A model generated the notes under the pieces. It made no database searches. It was not told the DNA's origin and was given only the letters and a program-made list of their open reading frames with translations. The translations under genes and the position numbers were made by a program. DNA of 49,596 bases from Octopus bimaculoides (Eukaryota): contig NC_068984.1 in assembly GCF_001194135.2 (NCBI RefSeq), positions 23,005,159 to 23,054,754 on the forward strand, written 5' to 3'. Positions 1 through 12,399 of this stretch are shown in pieces. Positions within the stretch are counted from its first letter, which is position 1, and the number at the start of each line of letters is the position of its first letter.

Positions 1-33
<33 letters not shown>

Positions 34-40
34 CATACAA

Positions 41-191
41 CAGGCTTCTTTCAGTTTCTATTTCCCAAATCCACTCGCAAGGCTTTGGTCAGCCCAAGGC
101 TATAGTAAGGCACGTTTGCCCACACTGCCATGCAGTGGGACTGAACCTGGAACCATGTGGTTGGGAAGCAAGCTTCTTACCACACAGCCAC
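41..191 (-). mobile_element. tRNA-headed SINE family A, 5' half, next to (AT)n
   Basis: Reverse complement of the family A copy at 1045-1207 (tggctgtgtggtaag...gggttcagtcccact...gaaactgaaagaag). Confidence 0.8.
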
Positions 192-1044
192 ACTACTTTT
201 GATAGTATCTCTGACACAATAGTGTTGAAGCAGTTAATGATTGTTTCATGACATCCCTATATGTACAACACCATATCCAAATTTGTAGTATAAAAGTTGA
301 ATTCCTTTTAAAATGAGAATAGCTTGACTTCCTCTTTGGGATCAGATATGTTTTTAAAAATCACTCTGAAAGAGAATCAATAAAATATATATCTATTGTC
401 AGGAATGTAACAGAAATAAATTCAATAACTCATTTGAGTTTTGTAACAATGCATTTAGTATTTCACATATTATGCATAAAATATCATATAGTACATATCA
501 TTCTACGGAAGTTGTGTTATTCACCTCATTCTATGAAGGTCACACTTCATGTCATAAAGAAGTATCTGCTATATAGCACATGCTTTAAAGTACATTCTAT
601 ACAGTATTTACCATGCAGTACATGTATGTAAAAAGCATGTTATCAGATAAGTTGACTGCTTAATGTTTGGTTAGTAAACAACCAACCAAGAAATTTATTT
701 TGCAGTCTTTTGTTAGTATTATGTTATGTCTGACTAATAAATACTCTTAATTCTCAAATGGCACAGTTCACTTTGCTAAAAATAGGTAATACAGGATAAG
801 GTTGAGTCATTGATTTTGGCAATGGTAACATTACCAAAGCTGATAATCCTTCCTTTAGATTACAGTTCTAAGTTACATCCTGTAAGTCTAGAGAAGCTTT
901 TCAGATACTCAGCCACCAATCAGGAATCCCCCATTATTTTTGCCTACCTTGCCATTGCATTAGGACATGTATTCTGATTACAGGTGGTGTTTGCTATCAG
1001 CCTGTTCCATTTAAAATCATCATGTAAACATTACTTACACATAT

Positions 1045-1205
1045 AGGCGCAGGAGTGGCTGTATGGTAAGTAGCTTGCTTACCAACCACATGGTTCCGGG
1101 TTCAGTCCCACTGTGTGGCACCTTGGGCAAGTGTCTTCTACTATAGCCTCGGGCCGACCAAAACCTTGTGAGTGGATTTGGTGAACAGAAATTGAAAGAA
1201 GCCCG

Positions 1206-1249
<44 letters not shown>

Positions 1250-1267
1250 GTGTGTATGTGTTTGTGC
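1045..1267 (+). mobile_element. SINE family A head plus internal (AT)n/(GT)n linker running into an assembly gap
   Basis: A-box-like tggctgtatggtaag and B-box-like gggttcagtccc; the ccttgggcaagt segment resembles the CORE domain; at least 7 similar copies in the window. Confidence 0.85.
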
Positions 1268-2156
1268 NNNNNNNNNNNNNNNNNNNNNNNNNNNNNNNNN
1301 NNNNNNNNNNNNNNNNNNNNNNNNNNNNNNNNNNNNNNNNNNNNNNNNNNNNNNNNNNNNNNNNNNNNNNNNNNNNNNNNNNNNNNNNNNNNNNNNNNNN
1401 NNNNNNNNNNNNNNNNNNNNNNNNNNNNNNNNNNNNNNNNNNNNNNNNNNNNNNNNNNNNNNNNNNNNNNNNNNNNNNNNNNNNNNNNNNNNNNNNNNNN
1501 NNNNNNNNNNNNNNNNNNNNNNNNNNNNNNNNNNNNNNNNNNNNNNNNNNNNNNNNNNNNNNNNNNNNNNNNNNNNNNNNNNNNNNNNNNNNNNNNNNNN
1601 NNNNNNNNNNNNNNNNNNNNNNNNNNNNNNNNNNNNNNNNNNNNNNNNNNNNNNNNNNNNNNNNNNNNNNNNNNNNNNNNNNNNNNNNNNNNNNNNNNNN
1701 NNNNNNNNNNNNNNNNNNNNNNNNNNNNNNNNNNNNNNNNNNNNNNNNNNNNNNNNNNNNNNNNNNNNNNNNNNNNNNNNNNNNNNNNNNNNNNNNNNNN
1801 NNNNNNNNNNNNNNNNNNNNNNNNNNNNNNNNNNNNNNNNNNNNNNNNNNNNNNNNNNNNNNNNNNNNNNNNNNNNNNNNNNNNNNNNNNNNNNNNNNNN
1901 NNNNNNNNNNNNNNNNNNNNNNNNNNNNNNNNNNNNNNNNNNNNNNNNNNNNNNNNNNNNNNNNNNNNNNNNNNNNNNNNNNNNNNNNNNNNNNNNNNNN
2001 NNNNNNNNNNNNNNNNNNNNNNNNNNNNNNNNNNNNNNNNNNNNNNNNNNNNNNNNNNNNNNNNNNNNNNNNNNNNNNNNNNNNNNNNNNNNNNNNNNNN
2101 NNNNNNNNNNNNNNNNNNNNNNNNNNNNNNNNNNNNNNNNNNNNNNNNNNNNNNNN
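1268..2156. other. Assembly gap (N run); other gaps at 3155-3292, 4140-4194, 7394-7614, 10308-10317, 45161-45853
   Basis: Runs of N seen directly. Confidence 1.
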
Positions 2157-2196
2157 TATACAATGGGCTTCTTTCAGTTTCCATCTACCAAATCCA

Positions 2197-2400
2197 CTCT
2201 TTTTACTTGTTTTAGTCATTTGACTGGAGCCTTCAAGAATTTTTATCCAAATGAATCAACACAAGTATTTATTTTTCTTTTAAAACTTGGTACTTTTTAT
2301 ATTGGTTTCTTTTGCTGAACCGCTAAGTTACATGAATATAAACACACCAAGACTGATTGTCAAGCAGTGGTGTGGGGGCAAACACACACACATGCACACA
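2197..2400 (-). mobile_element. SINE family B segment (3' half of the composite A+B SINE)
   Basis: Matches copies at 9545-9770, 20594-20800, 30575-30760 and 31940-32126. Confidence 0.75.
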
Positions 2401-2436
2401 CACATATATGCGCACGCGCACATGTGTGTGTGAATG

Positions 2437-2662
2437 AAGGCATGTGGCCTAGTGGTTAGGCTGTTGCACTCATGATCGCTAGATTGTGGATTCAATTCCC
2501 TGATGGGGCGATGCATTGTGTTCTTGAGCAAAACACTTCATTTCACATTGCTCCAACCTCCCTTCTATCAGTGGGGACTGTTGGCCTGCTCACCTAACCA
2601 GTGAGATGCCACTTTGTGACCAGCAATGTGTAACAACATCTGATAGCTTGGTCAGTCACATG
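2437..2662 (+). mobile_element. tRNA-headed SINE family D
   Basis: catgtggcctagtggttagg...ttcaattccc...tgtgttcttgagcaaaacacttcatttcac; recurs at 11220, 17265-17606 (-), 21081, 32677 and 38787. Confidence 0.75.
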
Positions 2663-2676
2663 ATATATATTTATAT

Positions 2677-2924
2677 ATCATCATCGTCATTTAATGTCCA
2701 CTTTCCATGCTGGCACAGGTTGGACGGTTTGATTGAGGACTGACAAGCTGGGAGGCTGCACCAAGCTCCAATCTGATTTGGCAAGGTTACTACAGAGGGA
2801 TGCCCCTCCTAATGCCAACCACTCTGAGAATGTAGAGGGTGTTTTTATATGCCACCAGCATGGGAACCAGTCAGGTGGTACTGGCATTGGCCACACTCAA
2901 ATGGTGCTTTTTACATGCCACCAG
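2677..2924 (-). mobile_element. RTE-type 3' end with (GAT)n tail (family E)
   Basis: Same sequence as the 3' UTR of the RTE LINE at 40601-42435. Confidence 0.75.
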
Positions 2925-3292
2925 CATATACACTATATATATATATATATTTATACATATAGTGTATTTACTTATTAAATTTTTCTATATGTAATTGTGG
3001 ATTTTCATAGATGAATTCAATAATTGTGGGGTTTTTTCTCTAAATTATATATTTATATATTATATATTGTGAAATTTAATTTAATTTTAATTTTGATAAA
3101 TTAAATTAAATTGAATTTTTCCCTGTAAATTTGGATTTTTATCTTTAATATTATNNNNNNNNNNNNNNNNNNNNNNNNNNNNNNNNNNNNNNNNNNNNNN
3201 NNNNNNNNNNNNNNNNNNNNNNNNNNNNNNNNNNNNNNNNNNNNNNNNNNNNNNNNNNNNNNNNNNNNNNNNNNNNNNNNNNNNNNNNNNNN

Positions 3293-3330
<38 letters not shown>

Positions 3331-3480
3331 CAAACTTCTTTCAGTTTCCATCTACCAAATCCACTCACAAGGCTTTAGTTATATGAGGCTATAGCAGAAG
3401 ACACTTGGCCAAGGTGCCACATAGTGGGACTGAACCCAGAACTGTAGCTGAGAGACAAACATCTTACCACACAGCCATGC
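3331..3480 (-). mobile_element. SINE family A, 5' half
   Basis: Similarity to 1045-1207; abuts (AT)n and a gap. Confidence 0.75.
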
Positions 3481-3737
3481 TTGTGCCTGTTTACGATACA
3501 AGAATTTAGTAAAATAACTTTGTCATTACTAAATTAGTATTTGGAATATAAATTAGCATAAAATTTTGCTGGAAGGTTTTAATTTAGATCGCTATAAAAC
3601 AGGGAGTTTGTACCATAGAAAGAAGGGTGGTTTCTAGTGGGTTGTTTCAAAGGGGTTAAACGTAAAACTGCACAGATATTCACTATCACGTGGCAACAGT
3701 TATGATAATAGATAGCCCCATATCTACAAGCAACACC

Positions 3738-4085
3738 CCCCACCACCACCACCACCACTACCATCATGTAATCTTTCCCGTCATCACTACCAAAACTTTT
3801 ACCTCCTTCACCACTATTATCAACTGGACCTTTACTCTCACTACCACCACCACCACAACCACTACTACCACCACTACCACCACCATTTAATTCTTCTTGT
3901 CATTTTTACCTCCACCTTCACCACCCCACATTCACTACCAGCACCAACACCACCACCTACCTTCACCAGCACCACCGCTAGCTTTGAGAGAAGACCATAC
4001 TGGCATCACCACTGACACCACCACCACCACCACTACTACTATTACTACACACACACACACACACACACAACTACAAAACACACAA
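3738..4085. repeat. (CAC/ACC/ACT)n and (AC)n low-complexity tract
   Basis: Seen directly; explains the poly-His and poly-Thr ORFs. Confidence 0.9.
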
Positions 4086-4383
4086 CACACGCAGAACATA
4101 GTCGTGAAGATATATCTGTGTTGTTGCATGTCTACTGGCNNNNNNNNNNNNNNNNNNNNNNNNNNNNNNNNNNNNNNNNNNNNNNNNNNNNNNNGAGGTT
4201 TCAAAGAAGATATACAAAACTGTCTCTGTTTCAGACAGAACACCAGCCAGGGTGTTTCTTGTAACAGATTATCAGTTGTACTTTTATTAAATATGGCTGT
4301 TATATCGGGTGAGAGAGAGGCGGGAGGAAGAGAGGACTGGAAAATGCCTGCATGGCCTTTTAGAAGAGCTACTGAACAGAGAA

Positions 4384-4495
4384 TCATCATCATCATCATC
4401 ATCATCGTTTAACGTCCGCTTTCCATGCTAGCATGGGTTGGACGATTTGACTGAGGACTGGTGAAACCGGATGGCAACACCAGGCTCCAGTCTAG
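4384..4495 (-). mobile_element. Family E RTE-type 3' end fragment
   Basis: (ATC)n-gtttaacgtccgctttccatgctagcatgggttggacg motif. Confidence 0.75.
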
Positions 4496-4571
4496 AAGAG
4501 AAAAAAATACTTAAAAACGATATTGTTTTTTTTTCTTCCTGTGATTTAAAATAATCATCTTATTTTTCATC

Positions 4572-4602
<31 letters not shown>

Positions 4603-4817
4603 CCTCTGTGTTTTTCTTCTAGAAATTCTTTTATCCTTTCATTTGTTTCAGTCAATTGACTGCAGCTATGCTGAAGTTAATACTTATTCAAAGTCTGGTA
4701 TTGCCAAACTGCTAAGGTGCAGTTTTATAGAAAAGCAACAGCTATTTTTCAAGCTGGTAGACAATGCAAATAAATAATCATACTGACATATACACAAATA
4801 CATAATATATCTATATA

Positions 4818-5174
4818 TAACTGACTCCTGTGCCGGTGGTATGTAAAAAGTACCATTTGAGCACGGTTGATGTTAATGCTGCCTTACTGGCTCCCATGCC
4901 GGTGGTACATAAGACGCACCATTCGAGTGTGGTCGTTGCCAGTGCCACCTGACTGGCTCCCATGCCAGTGGCATGCAAAAAGCACCCACTACACTCTCAA
5001 AGTGGTTGGCATTAGGAAGGGCATCCAGCTGTAGAAACCTTGCCAGATCAGATTGGGGTCTGGGGCAGCCTTCTGGCTTACCAGTCCTCCATCAAACTGT
5101 CCAACCCATGCCAGCATGGAAAGCGGACGTTAAAAGATGATGATGATGATGATGACGATGATGATGACGATGAC

Positions 5175-5206
<32 letters not shown>
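4818..5206 (+). mobile_element. Family E RTE-type 3' end with internal ~60-bp repeats and a long (GAT)n tail
   Basis: aacccatgccagcatggaaagcggacgttaaaa(gat)n. Confidence 0.85.
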
Positions 5207-5207
<1 letters not shown>

Positions 5208-5599
5208 ATATAGTTTTTTTTATTATTATTATTATTCTCCCTTTGATTGATGTAATCCCCACCTGTGTTTTCTTTCTTTTTTTTTTGGTGTGTGTGCATG
5301 TGTGTCTATTGTATCTCATCTTTTGATATCGTCCTCCATGACTTGAGTCTTTGTGGCCAATAAAGGAAATCATCATTATAATCATTGAGTCTGGAGCTGA
5401 GAGTTTGTCTCATGACTCAAGTTATGAGCCAAACTCTCAGTTCCAACTTGTATAAAAAAAAAAAACATCTCTTTAACAACTTATACTGAGCACTCCTTTC
5501 TTATTCATCCTCAAATACCAACATATTTATTTGCTCATAAATGTGTTACATAATATAAATCACGTCAGATATTTTTCAAAATTAAGATAAACAAAGTTC

Positions 5600-6449
5600 T
5601 TTTTTAATTTAAAATATACTCTTCTTCATTTTCTACAATGCTCTTCCATCTATTTGGTAGACTTTCAAGGCCCTTCTTCCAAAATTCACTTGTCCTTGAT
5701 GAAAAAAACTCCCCCAATACTGTTCTAACTTCATCGAAAGCATTCATATATTTTCTGTCCAAATGATTTTGAACACTGCAGAATAAATGATAATCAGATG
5801 AGGCAATGTCCAGACATGGTGAGTGGGGCTTCATTTCCCATTCAAACTGCTCCAGCCTTTGGAATGTCATCCTCACTGTATGTGGCTGAGCATTATCCTG
5901 GTGGAAGAACACTTTTCCTTGTGAAACCAAAGATGGTCGTTTTTCTTCCACTGCTGACTTGAATGACTGGTTGAATGGCCAAATCCAAGCTTCTCTGCTA
6001 GTTCCTCAACAGTTGCAATGGGATTTTGCTCCACCAGGGTTAGCAGGATGTCCTTGTCAAGCTCTACAGATCTTCCAGGATGAGGCTCATCTTCTAGGCT
6101 GTATTTTTCAGCTCAGAATTTCTGGAACCACCATTGACACTGGTTTGTGCTTATTGTCTGATCCCCATATACTTCATTAATATTCCTCACACTTTCCATT
6201 GCATTGTTGCCTTTATTGACCTCATAAAGCAAAATATGCCAAATATGCTCCTTTGTCACTTCTATTATAGCTTTGAAAAAACAATTGTTAAAATCGAACT
6301 GCACTCTTCAAAACTCCCACTAAGAATAAAACAAAGTAAAATTACTACCTGCTTTTGTAGCAAGTTGATGCAGGTAGATTATCCCCCCACCCACCGACTT
6401 TTAGCTCATGCAATTGAAAAAAACTGCATTATTTATGGGGGACTCAATA
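5600..6449 (-). pseudogene. Decayed mariner (DD34D-type) transposase, internally deleted, one TIR visible
   Basis: FFHQDNAQPH and DIASSDYHLF match the mariner HDNARPH and PDLAPSDYHLF motifs; N-terminal HTH-like HILLYEVNKG...WFQKF; TIR-like tattgagtcccccataaataatgcag at 6449-6421. Confidence 0.85.
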
Positions 6450-6479
6450 CTTTGTCATACATGCATGCTGACTCTGCCC

Positions 6480-6790
6480 ACCCAGCAGAGCATGTGGGTT
6501 TCATTTCTTTCAAGCTGTTTCATGTCGTCTGCATTCACAACCCATGTAGCATAGCTGTTTATACACAGGCATCATATAATCTACCTTTCATTCTGAAGGA
6601 GAAACCCTGAGACCCTTTATTACCAACAAAGGTAATAACTCTCTGAAGTTCACCAAGCTGATTCTTCTTCCAGCAACTACACTTTCAGTGCAATCTAATT
6701 GTCGACTTTCACTTTACTGACAGCATCCCTGTAAATGGCTTAGATGAATTTCACCAGCCTCTCATCTACTCCTAGCTTCCACATCAACCA
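6480..6790 (-). mobile_element. Internal RTE LINE ORF fragment
   Basis: Aligns by eye to 41385-41640 (ttcatttctttcaagc...catgtagcata...acacaggcatcata). Confidence 0.6.
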
Positions 6791-7248
6791 CCAGACGAGG
6801 GCTTTCTCCATGTCAACAAATCTTAGTCACACAGTGGGACTGAACCTGAAATTACAGGATTGCAAAACAAACTTCTTAAACATTACATCTATGCAGGAAC
6901 TAATTCAAGATAAATTGAAAACAATGATCAAAGTCTGACCTTAAAATTGTTGCTCTAAAAATATTACATTGTAAATTTATTGCTCAAGGTGTCAAAAACT
7001 AGTTGTTTTTTAAACCTGATGAAATTAAGGAAAAAATGACAAAACGAACATTTTAATTTGCATAATAATTATACTATAGATATGAAGTTTGGAAAATGTA
7101 TACTATAACTTTCAAACTAACCTTTGATCTGTTTGTTACTAAACAAAATTGAATTTATTTGTCATGATTACAAAGATAATAAAAAAAGGTTTATTACTAA
7201 CAAAGGAATTGTTTTGTTTCACTGTCATTAAAACCAATAACACCATCA

Positions 7249-7302
<54 letters not shown>

Positions 7303-7662
7303 TCCTCATTTATATACCTTTTCATTCCTACATAACTACAATAATCTTAAGATAGATTGATTATTTAAATTCTACTACTATTTCTTTCATGTGNNNNNNN
7401 NNNNNNNNNNNNNNNNNNNNNNNNNNNNNNNNNNNNNNNNNNNNNNNNNNNNNNNNNNNNNNNNNNNNNNNNNNNNNNNNNNNNNNNNNNNNNNNNNNNN
7501 NNNNNNNNNNNNNNNNNNNNNNNNNNNNNNNNNNNNNNNNNNNNNNNNNNNNNNNNNNNNNNNNNNNNNNNNNNNNNNNNNNNNNNNNNNNNNNNNNNNN
7601 NNNNNNNNNNNNNNATATATATATATGTATATGTATGTATATGTATATGTTTGTTTGTCTGT

Positions 7663-7720
7663 GTGGTGCTCCAGCATAGCTGCTGTCAAATGACTGAAAC
7701 AAGTAAAAGAATAAAAGAAT
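7663..7720 (+). mobile_element. Family B SINE 3' tail
   Basis: gtggtgctccagcat...gactgaaacaagtaaaagaata. Confidence 0.7.
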
Positions 7721-8284
7721 ATATAAATATATATACATACAGAGAGAGAGAGTTAGTTAAAGTGGTTGCTATCATCATCATCATCATCACCATAATCATT
7801 AAATAATTGAGAACTTTGACAAAGTGAAAAGTCTGTAAGTAGTGGGAGCAACAGGTAATTAATAAATCCCTTTTTAGCTCGCAGTACTGAATTCAAACTC
7901 TCTTAATGCTAGCTGATGATCTTATGAATATTTGTCTATAAAGTGTGTAACTGAATGATGGACTATTCTGGGGGGTTTTTTCGGCTTTTTTTTTTCGTTT
8001 TTTTTCTTTGTCAGTTGCTGGCTCTAGGAGAACGGACAGTGTCCATAGCTATCACAGGTCTTCCAAGCCTGATCAGAATGATGCCATTAATTTTCCACTT
8101 AAATTACACCATCATCAATAAATGTTTAATCTCACTGCTCCTGTTTTCTAAATAACTAATTTGAGCAATTTTATCTTCATTGCAGTTTACCATGGTTTTC
8201 GAAATAAATTCTTGTTGATTTGGAACTATTTTTTCTGGACATATACCAATATTGAACACAGGAAAGTTGACAAAAACAGCCAAA

Positions 8285-9265
8285 ATGGAGTTTATTACAA
8301 TGGATAATTTCCAGTACATGGAACAATATATTGGAGATGTACGTGAACATAAGAAATCTATAGACATAGGAGAATGTCCACTGTGTATTAGCTGTGCAAC
8401 ATTAAACACAGATGACGTAAAAGAAATTCTTGAAGATGAAAATATTGAAAACAACCAAAGTACTTTAGATGGCAAAACACCTTTGCATTTGGTCTGCATT
8501 CCAAAGGAGAATTCTAAGAGTTTTACAATCATCAAATTACTGCTTGAAAGAGGTTTCGATGTTAATGCAAAGGATGATAAAGACAGAACTCCTTTATATT
8601 TTGCATGCATGAACCTTAATGCTCAGCTCGTCAAAATCCTCATTGCAGCTGGGAGTCTAGTAAATGTTACCATTTCAAGTGGATTCACACCTTTAAAGCT
8701 AGTCTGCAAGGCTGCTGAAGACACACTAAACTTTAATATTGTTCCAGCTTTAAACATTGCCAATCTGCTCTTAAGAGCTGGTGCTCAGAGGGATGAAACT
8801 TGTTTGCCAGTTGCAATCCAATATGGACAGTACAGCCATGTAAAAGAACTTCTAGATTCTGGAATGAATGTTAACATGTTGGATGAGAGTGGACGTAGTC
8901 CTCTTGGAACTGCATGCTCTATGAAAACAGTCAGTGCTGATGTTGTGAAACTTTTACTTTCTTACGGAGCTAATGTAAACATAGGGGGTGCTTGGACAAA
9001 ACAAAAACCACTCATATTTGCTTACGCTCACAATTCATTTAGCAAAATCAAAATTCTTCTGTCCTATGGAGCTTCCATCACTTCTGAAGAAATGACAGCT
9101 CTTGTGTCAATGAGTCTTTCAAAATCAATTCTTGAAAATCCAGAGATTGTTACTTTCCACAGCAAAGAGCTACTTTCATGTCGTATATTGCTAGCTGCTG
9201 GCTTCACACCAATTGTCCATGGCGTATTAGGAATTAGCCATGATTTAACGACAAAAATTAATCAG
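8285..9265 (+). CDS. Ankyrin repeat and SOCS box (ASB-family) protein, ankyrin exon (327 codons)
   Basis: About six ankyrin repeats (GKTPLHL, RTPLYFA, FTPLKLV, TCLPVAI, RSPLGTA, QKPLIFA); ATG at 8285; donor CAG|GTTTGT at 9265/9266 in phase 0; candidate acceptor ttcattgcag| at 8185/8186. Confidence 0.9.
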
Positions 9266-9544
9266 GTTTGTCTTGTTTTATTTCTTTTCTTCTTTTATTT
9301 ATTTCAGTTTTTGGACTGCAGCCATACTGGAGCACTCCCTCCAGGGGTTTAGTCAATCACATCAACCTCACTATTTTGCTCTGGTATTTATTCTTAATGG
9401 TCTCTATCTATTGAATGGCAACATTGTATTGCAGCATTTCAAGGGCCTTGCACTTCTTAGCCCCTTTTTAGGCAAGATTCTGATTGAAAATGATTGAGAT
9501 GTTCACCAGAACACAAACATTTTCATTCTTGTTCTTGATAATTA

Positions 9545-9770
9545 TCTTTTACTTGTTTCAGTCATTTGACCACAGCCATGCTGGAGCACTGCTTTGAAGG
9601 GTTTTTAGTCGAACAAATTGATCCTAGGACTTAATTATTTTAAACCTAGTCCTTATTGTATTGGTCTCTTTTTGCTGAACTGCTAAATTGTGAAGACATA
9701 AATACACCAACACCAGTTGTCAGACAGTGAGTGGGGACAAACACAGACACAAAGACACACACACACATAG
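9545..9770 (-). mobile_element. Family B SINE segment (a shorter copy lies at 9293-9420)
   Basis: tcttttacttgtttcagtcatttgac...ggacaaacacagacac. Confidence 0.75.
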
Positions 9771-10317
9771 ATATCATCATCATTATCATCATCATCATAT
9801 CATCCAGGGTTTTAGATCTGGGTTTTGTCCACATTAATGGGGGAGGCTGGATCTGCCTCAATGTAATAGCAACTGAAGCAGGCAGGTACAGCCCACCCCA
9901 ACCTTTGGGCTGGCTGGTGCCCATTCTCCTTTGCTTATCCTGAGGCATTTTTGGAGCTGGATTTTCTATGGGGAGCATGCCCTTGCTTACCCCCAACATC
10001 AGTTTCCAGACATGAGTGGTCACAAGATCAAAGCCTCTACCATGATTTTTAAGATATGTGGTGGAAAACTAGCTTAAGAAGGCAGGGACGCTACTCTCTG
10101 AGACCCCTTTTGGAGCGCCCCACTACCTATACATATGTGTGTGTGTGTGCATTTAAAAGGAGAAGAAAATGGAAATTGAGAAATTAATAATTGTTAATTA
10201 TTAACAGCAATAAACAATCATTAACTTCCCAATATCCATTTTCTTCTTTTAAATGAATATAAACAATATGTTTTTATATATACCTATTATTTTAAGGAAA
10301 TTCATTCNNNNNNNNNN

Positions 10318-10354
<37 letters not shown>

Positions 10355-10357
<3 letters not shown>

Positions 10358-10509
10358 AAATTCTTTCAGTTTCTCTCTATCAAATTTACTCACAAGGCTT
10401 TGGTCAGCTCAAGGCTATAGTAGAAGACACTTGCCCAAGGTGCCATGCAGTGGGACTGAACCCAGAAGCATGTGATTGGGAAGCAAGCTTCTAACCACAC
10501 AGCCATGCC
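10355..10509 (-). mobile_element. SINE family A, 5' half
   Basis: Similarity to 1045-1207; abuts (AT)n and a gap. Confidence 0.8.
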
Positions 10510-11219
10510 AACATTTGTATCAGGTTTTAATTTTATTTGATTTCTTAGTCATTCTTGAGAGCCTTGTCCCAAATGAATGTCACTTCATCATTGCCATATA
10601 CCCTGTTTGGTGCATGTTTATGACACTTCTTGTCTGTTTTCATGTATAAGGGTTAACATATTATACAGTGGATATAACTAACCATTTGATCATGTCTGTA
10701 AATAGTCTGATTTTGAAAAGACTAGGCCAGCTAAAGACAATGTATTCAACTCTCTCATTATATTAGTTGCTTAGTTTATACTTGGAGGTAGAATCCTTTT
10801 TCACAATTATATTGCTGAGTTGTTTGATTTCCACTACCAATTAAAACAATAGGATGGTGGATACAAGCTTTGATTAGGTGTCATGTGTAGTAATTTAGCT
10901 AGTGAATGTAAGTGCTATCCTTGGGTCAGTTAAGATATACACACTCTGGTTGTCACGTGAGAAACTAACCTCATTACAAATAGTAGAGTAACAAATAATG
11001 GGAATATTGATATGAATAATGGAATAAGAATGATATACCTTCATGGATTTCATAAGAGTCCTTGTTGCAGTGCCATTGTTTGTGTACCTCAATGATCCTG
11101 AGAGCTATGTTAGGCCCTATAAGGAGTGCAAGCTCCTTGTAGGGCCTCACATGCTGGACATGTCAAAGGAGAGAGATCAGACTATTATGGACCACCTCTT
11201 CCCAGAATGCATAGCATAT

Positions 11220-11432
11220 GGTAGTACATGGTTTAGTTGAACTCACAACTGTAGGATTGGGATTTCGATTCCTGGACTGGATGATGTGTTGTGCTCTTGA
11301 GCAAAACATTTCATTCCACATTACTCCACTCCACTCAGCTGGTAAAGTGTGTAATAATTCTGTGAAGGACTGGTGTCCTATCCAGGGAGGAATATATATG
11401 CCAGAGAAACCAAGAAACTGGCCCTATATTCC
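11220..11432 (+). mobile_element. SINE family D
   Basis: ttcgattcctggac...gtgctcttgagcaaaacatttcatt. Confidence 0.7.
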
Positions 11433-11839
11433 TTACAGAGTAATGTGGACTAACCATTTTCCCAGAGTCAAGAAAAGGCCAAATTACAGATGCATCAATC
11501 ACAATTCAAAAGCAATAAAACCTGAGAGGCAAAGGCTTTCCATGGGGAAATATTTGAAGAGTTGTGGCTGAAGCTAAGAGGAATACAGTGGCAATGCAGT
11601 AAGGCTGACTACCAGGAAAATGCAGGGATCTGACTGGAGAGAAGCAGAAAAGACAATCCAGGGCCAAAGGACTTGAGAGAGTAAATATCAATGATTAGGT
11701 GGGTGCTTTGAGATGCTATCAAAGCAAAGAAATCCAAAAATACTGATCCACAATTATCATTTACAGACCCATTATTATCATTGTCATTTTATGTCTGTCT
11801 TTACATATAGACTCACATACGTGTGGGTGTGTGGGAGTG

Positions 11840-11870
<31 letters not shown>

Positions 11871-12399
11871 CTCTGTGTATGTGTACGTGTGTGTGTGCGA
11901 GTACATATCTGTATGTGTGTGTGTGTGTAACTCAAAGCTAAACAGAAACAAGACTAAACATGTTGCTTTCACTAACTAACATGCTATTCAATTAAAATAA
12001 TATAAATAATTGCATTAATTAGCATTAGGGGTTTTAAGTACATTTTAGATTATGCTGACCCTAAACTGAACTCTATTTTCTTTATTTCTTACTACAACAA
12101 ACTTCAAACCACCCAAAACACTGCTATTCAGACGCTGAACAAACAACATTTCTTTCTCACACCATATAATGAGAGATGGGGAGGCATTAGCCATAGGGTT
12201 GCTTTTCATGTTCTCAAAGACACAGATATAAAGATAATTGGGTAAAATTTCTAAAAATATTGTTTCATTTAAACTGTTATTGTTCAGCAAGTAGAGGGAA
12301 AAGAGGACCATGGAAGAGTTCCAAAAAGATGAAAATGTTTATTATCAGAAAAGATTAGATGTCCAAATGAGTTGGGATTGATTCTCAGTGAAGATAACA

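Noticed and set aside
1141-2318. Long ORFs spanning N runs (also 3087-3368, 7361-7738, 45068-46024)
   Set aside because: Artefacts of assembly gaps and flanking microsatellites.
3579-5385. Poly-His, poly-Thr, poly-Ser and YIYIYI/CVCV ORFs
   Set aside because: Translations of simple repeats and SINE sequence; no domain evidence.
8252-8284. ORF-track start at 8252 and C-terminal extension to 9352
   Set aside because: 8252 is a TTG. The sequence after 9265 is intron and SINE, downstream of a good splice donor.
11120-11210. Shared segment with 32960-33060 (opposite strand), gagtgcaagctccttgtagg
   Set aside because: Probably a dispersed LINE UTR fragment; too short and old to classify, and 22 kb apart.
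11460-11700. Possible L2/Crack-like LINE 3' remnant on the - strand
   Set aside because: Too degenerate to support without an alignment.
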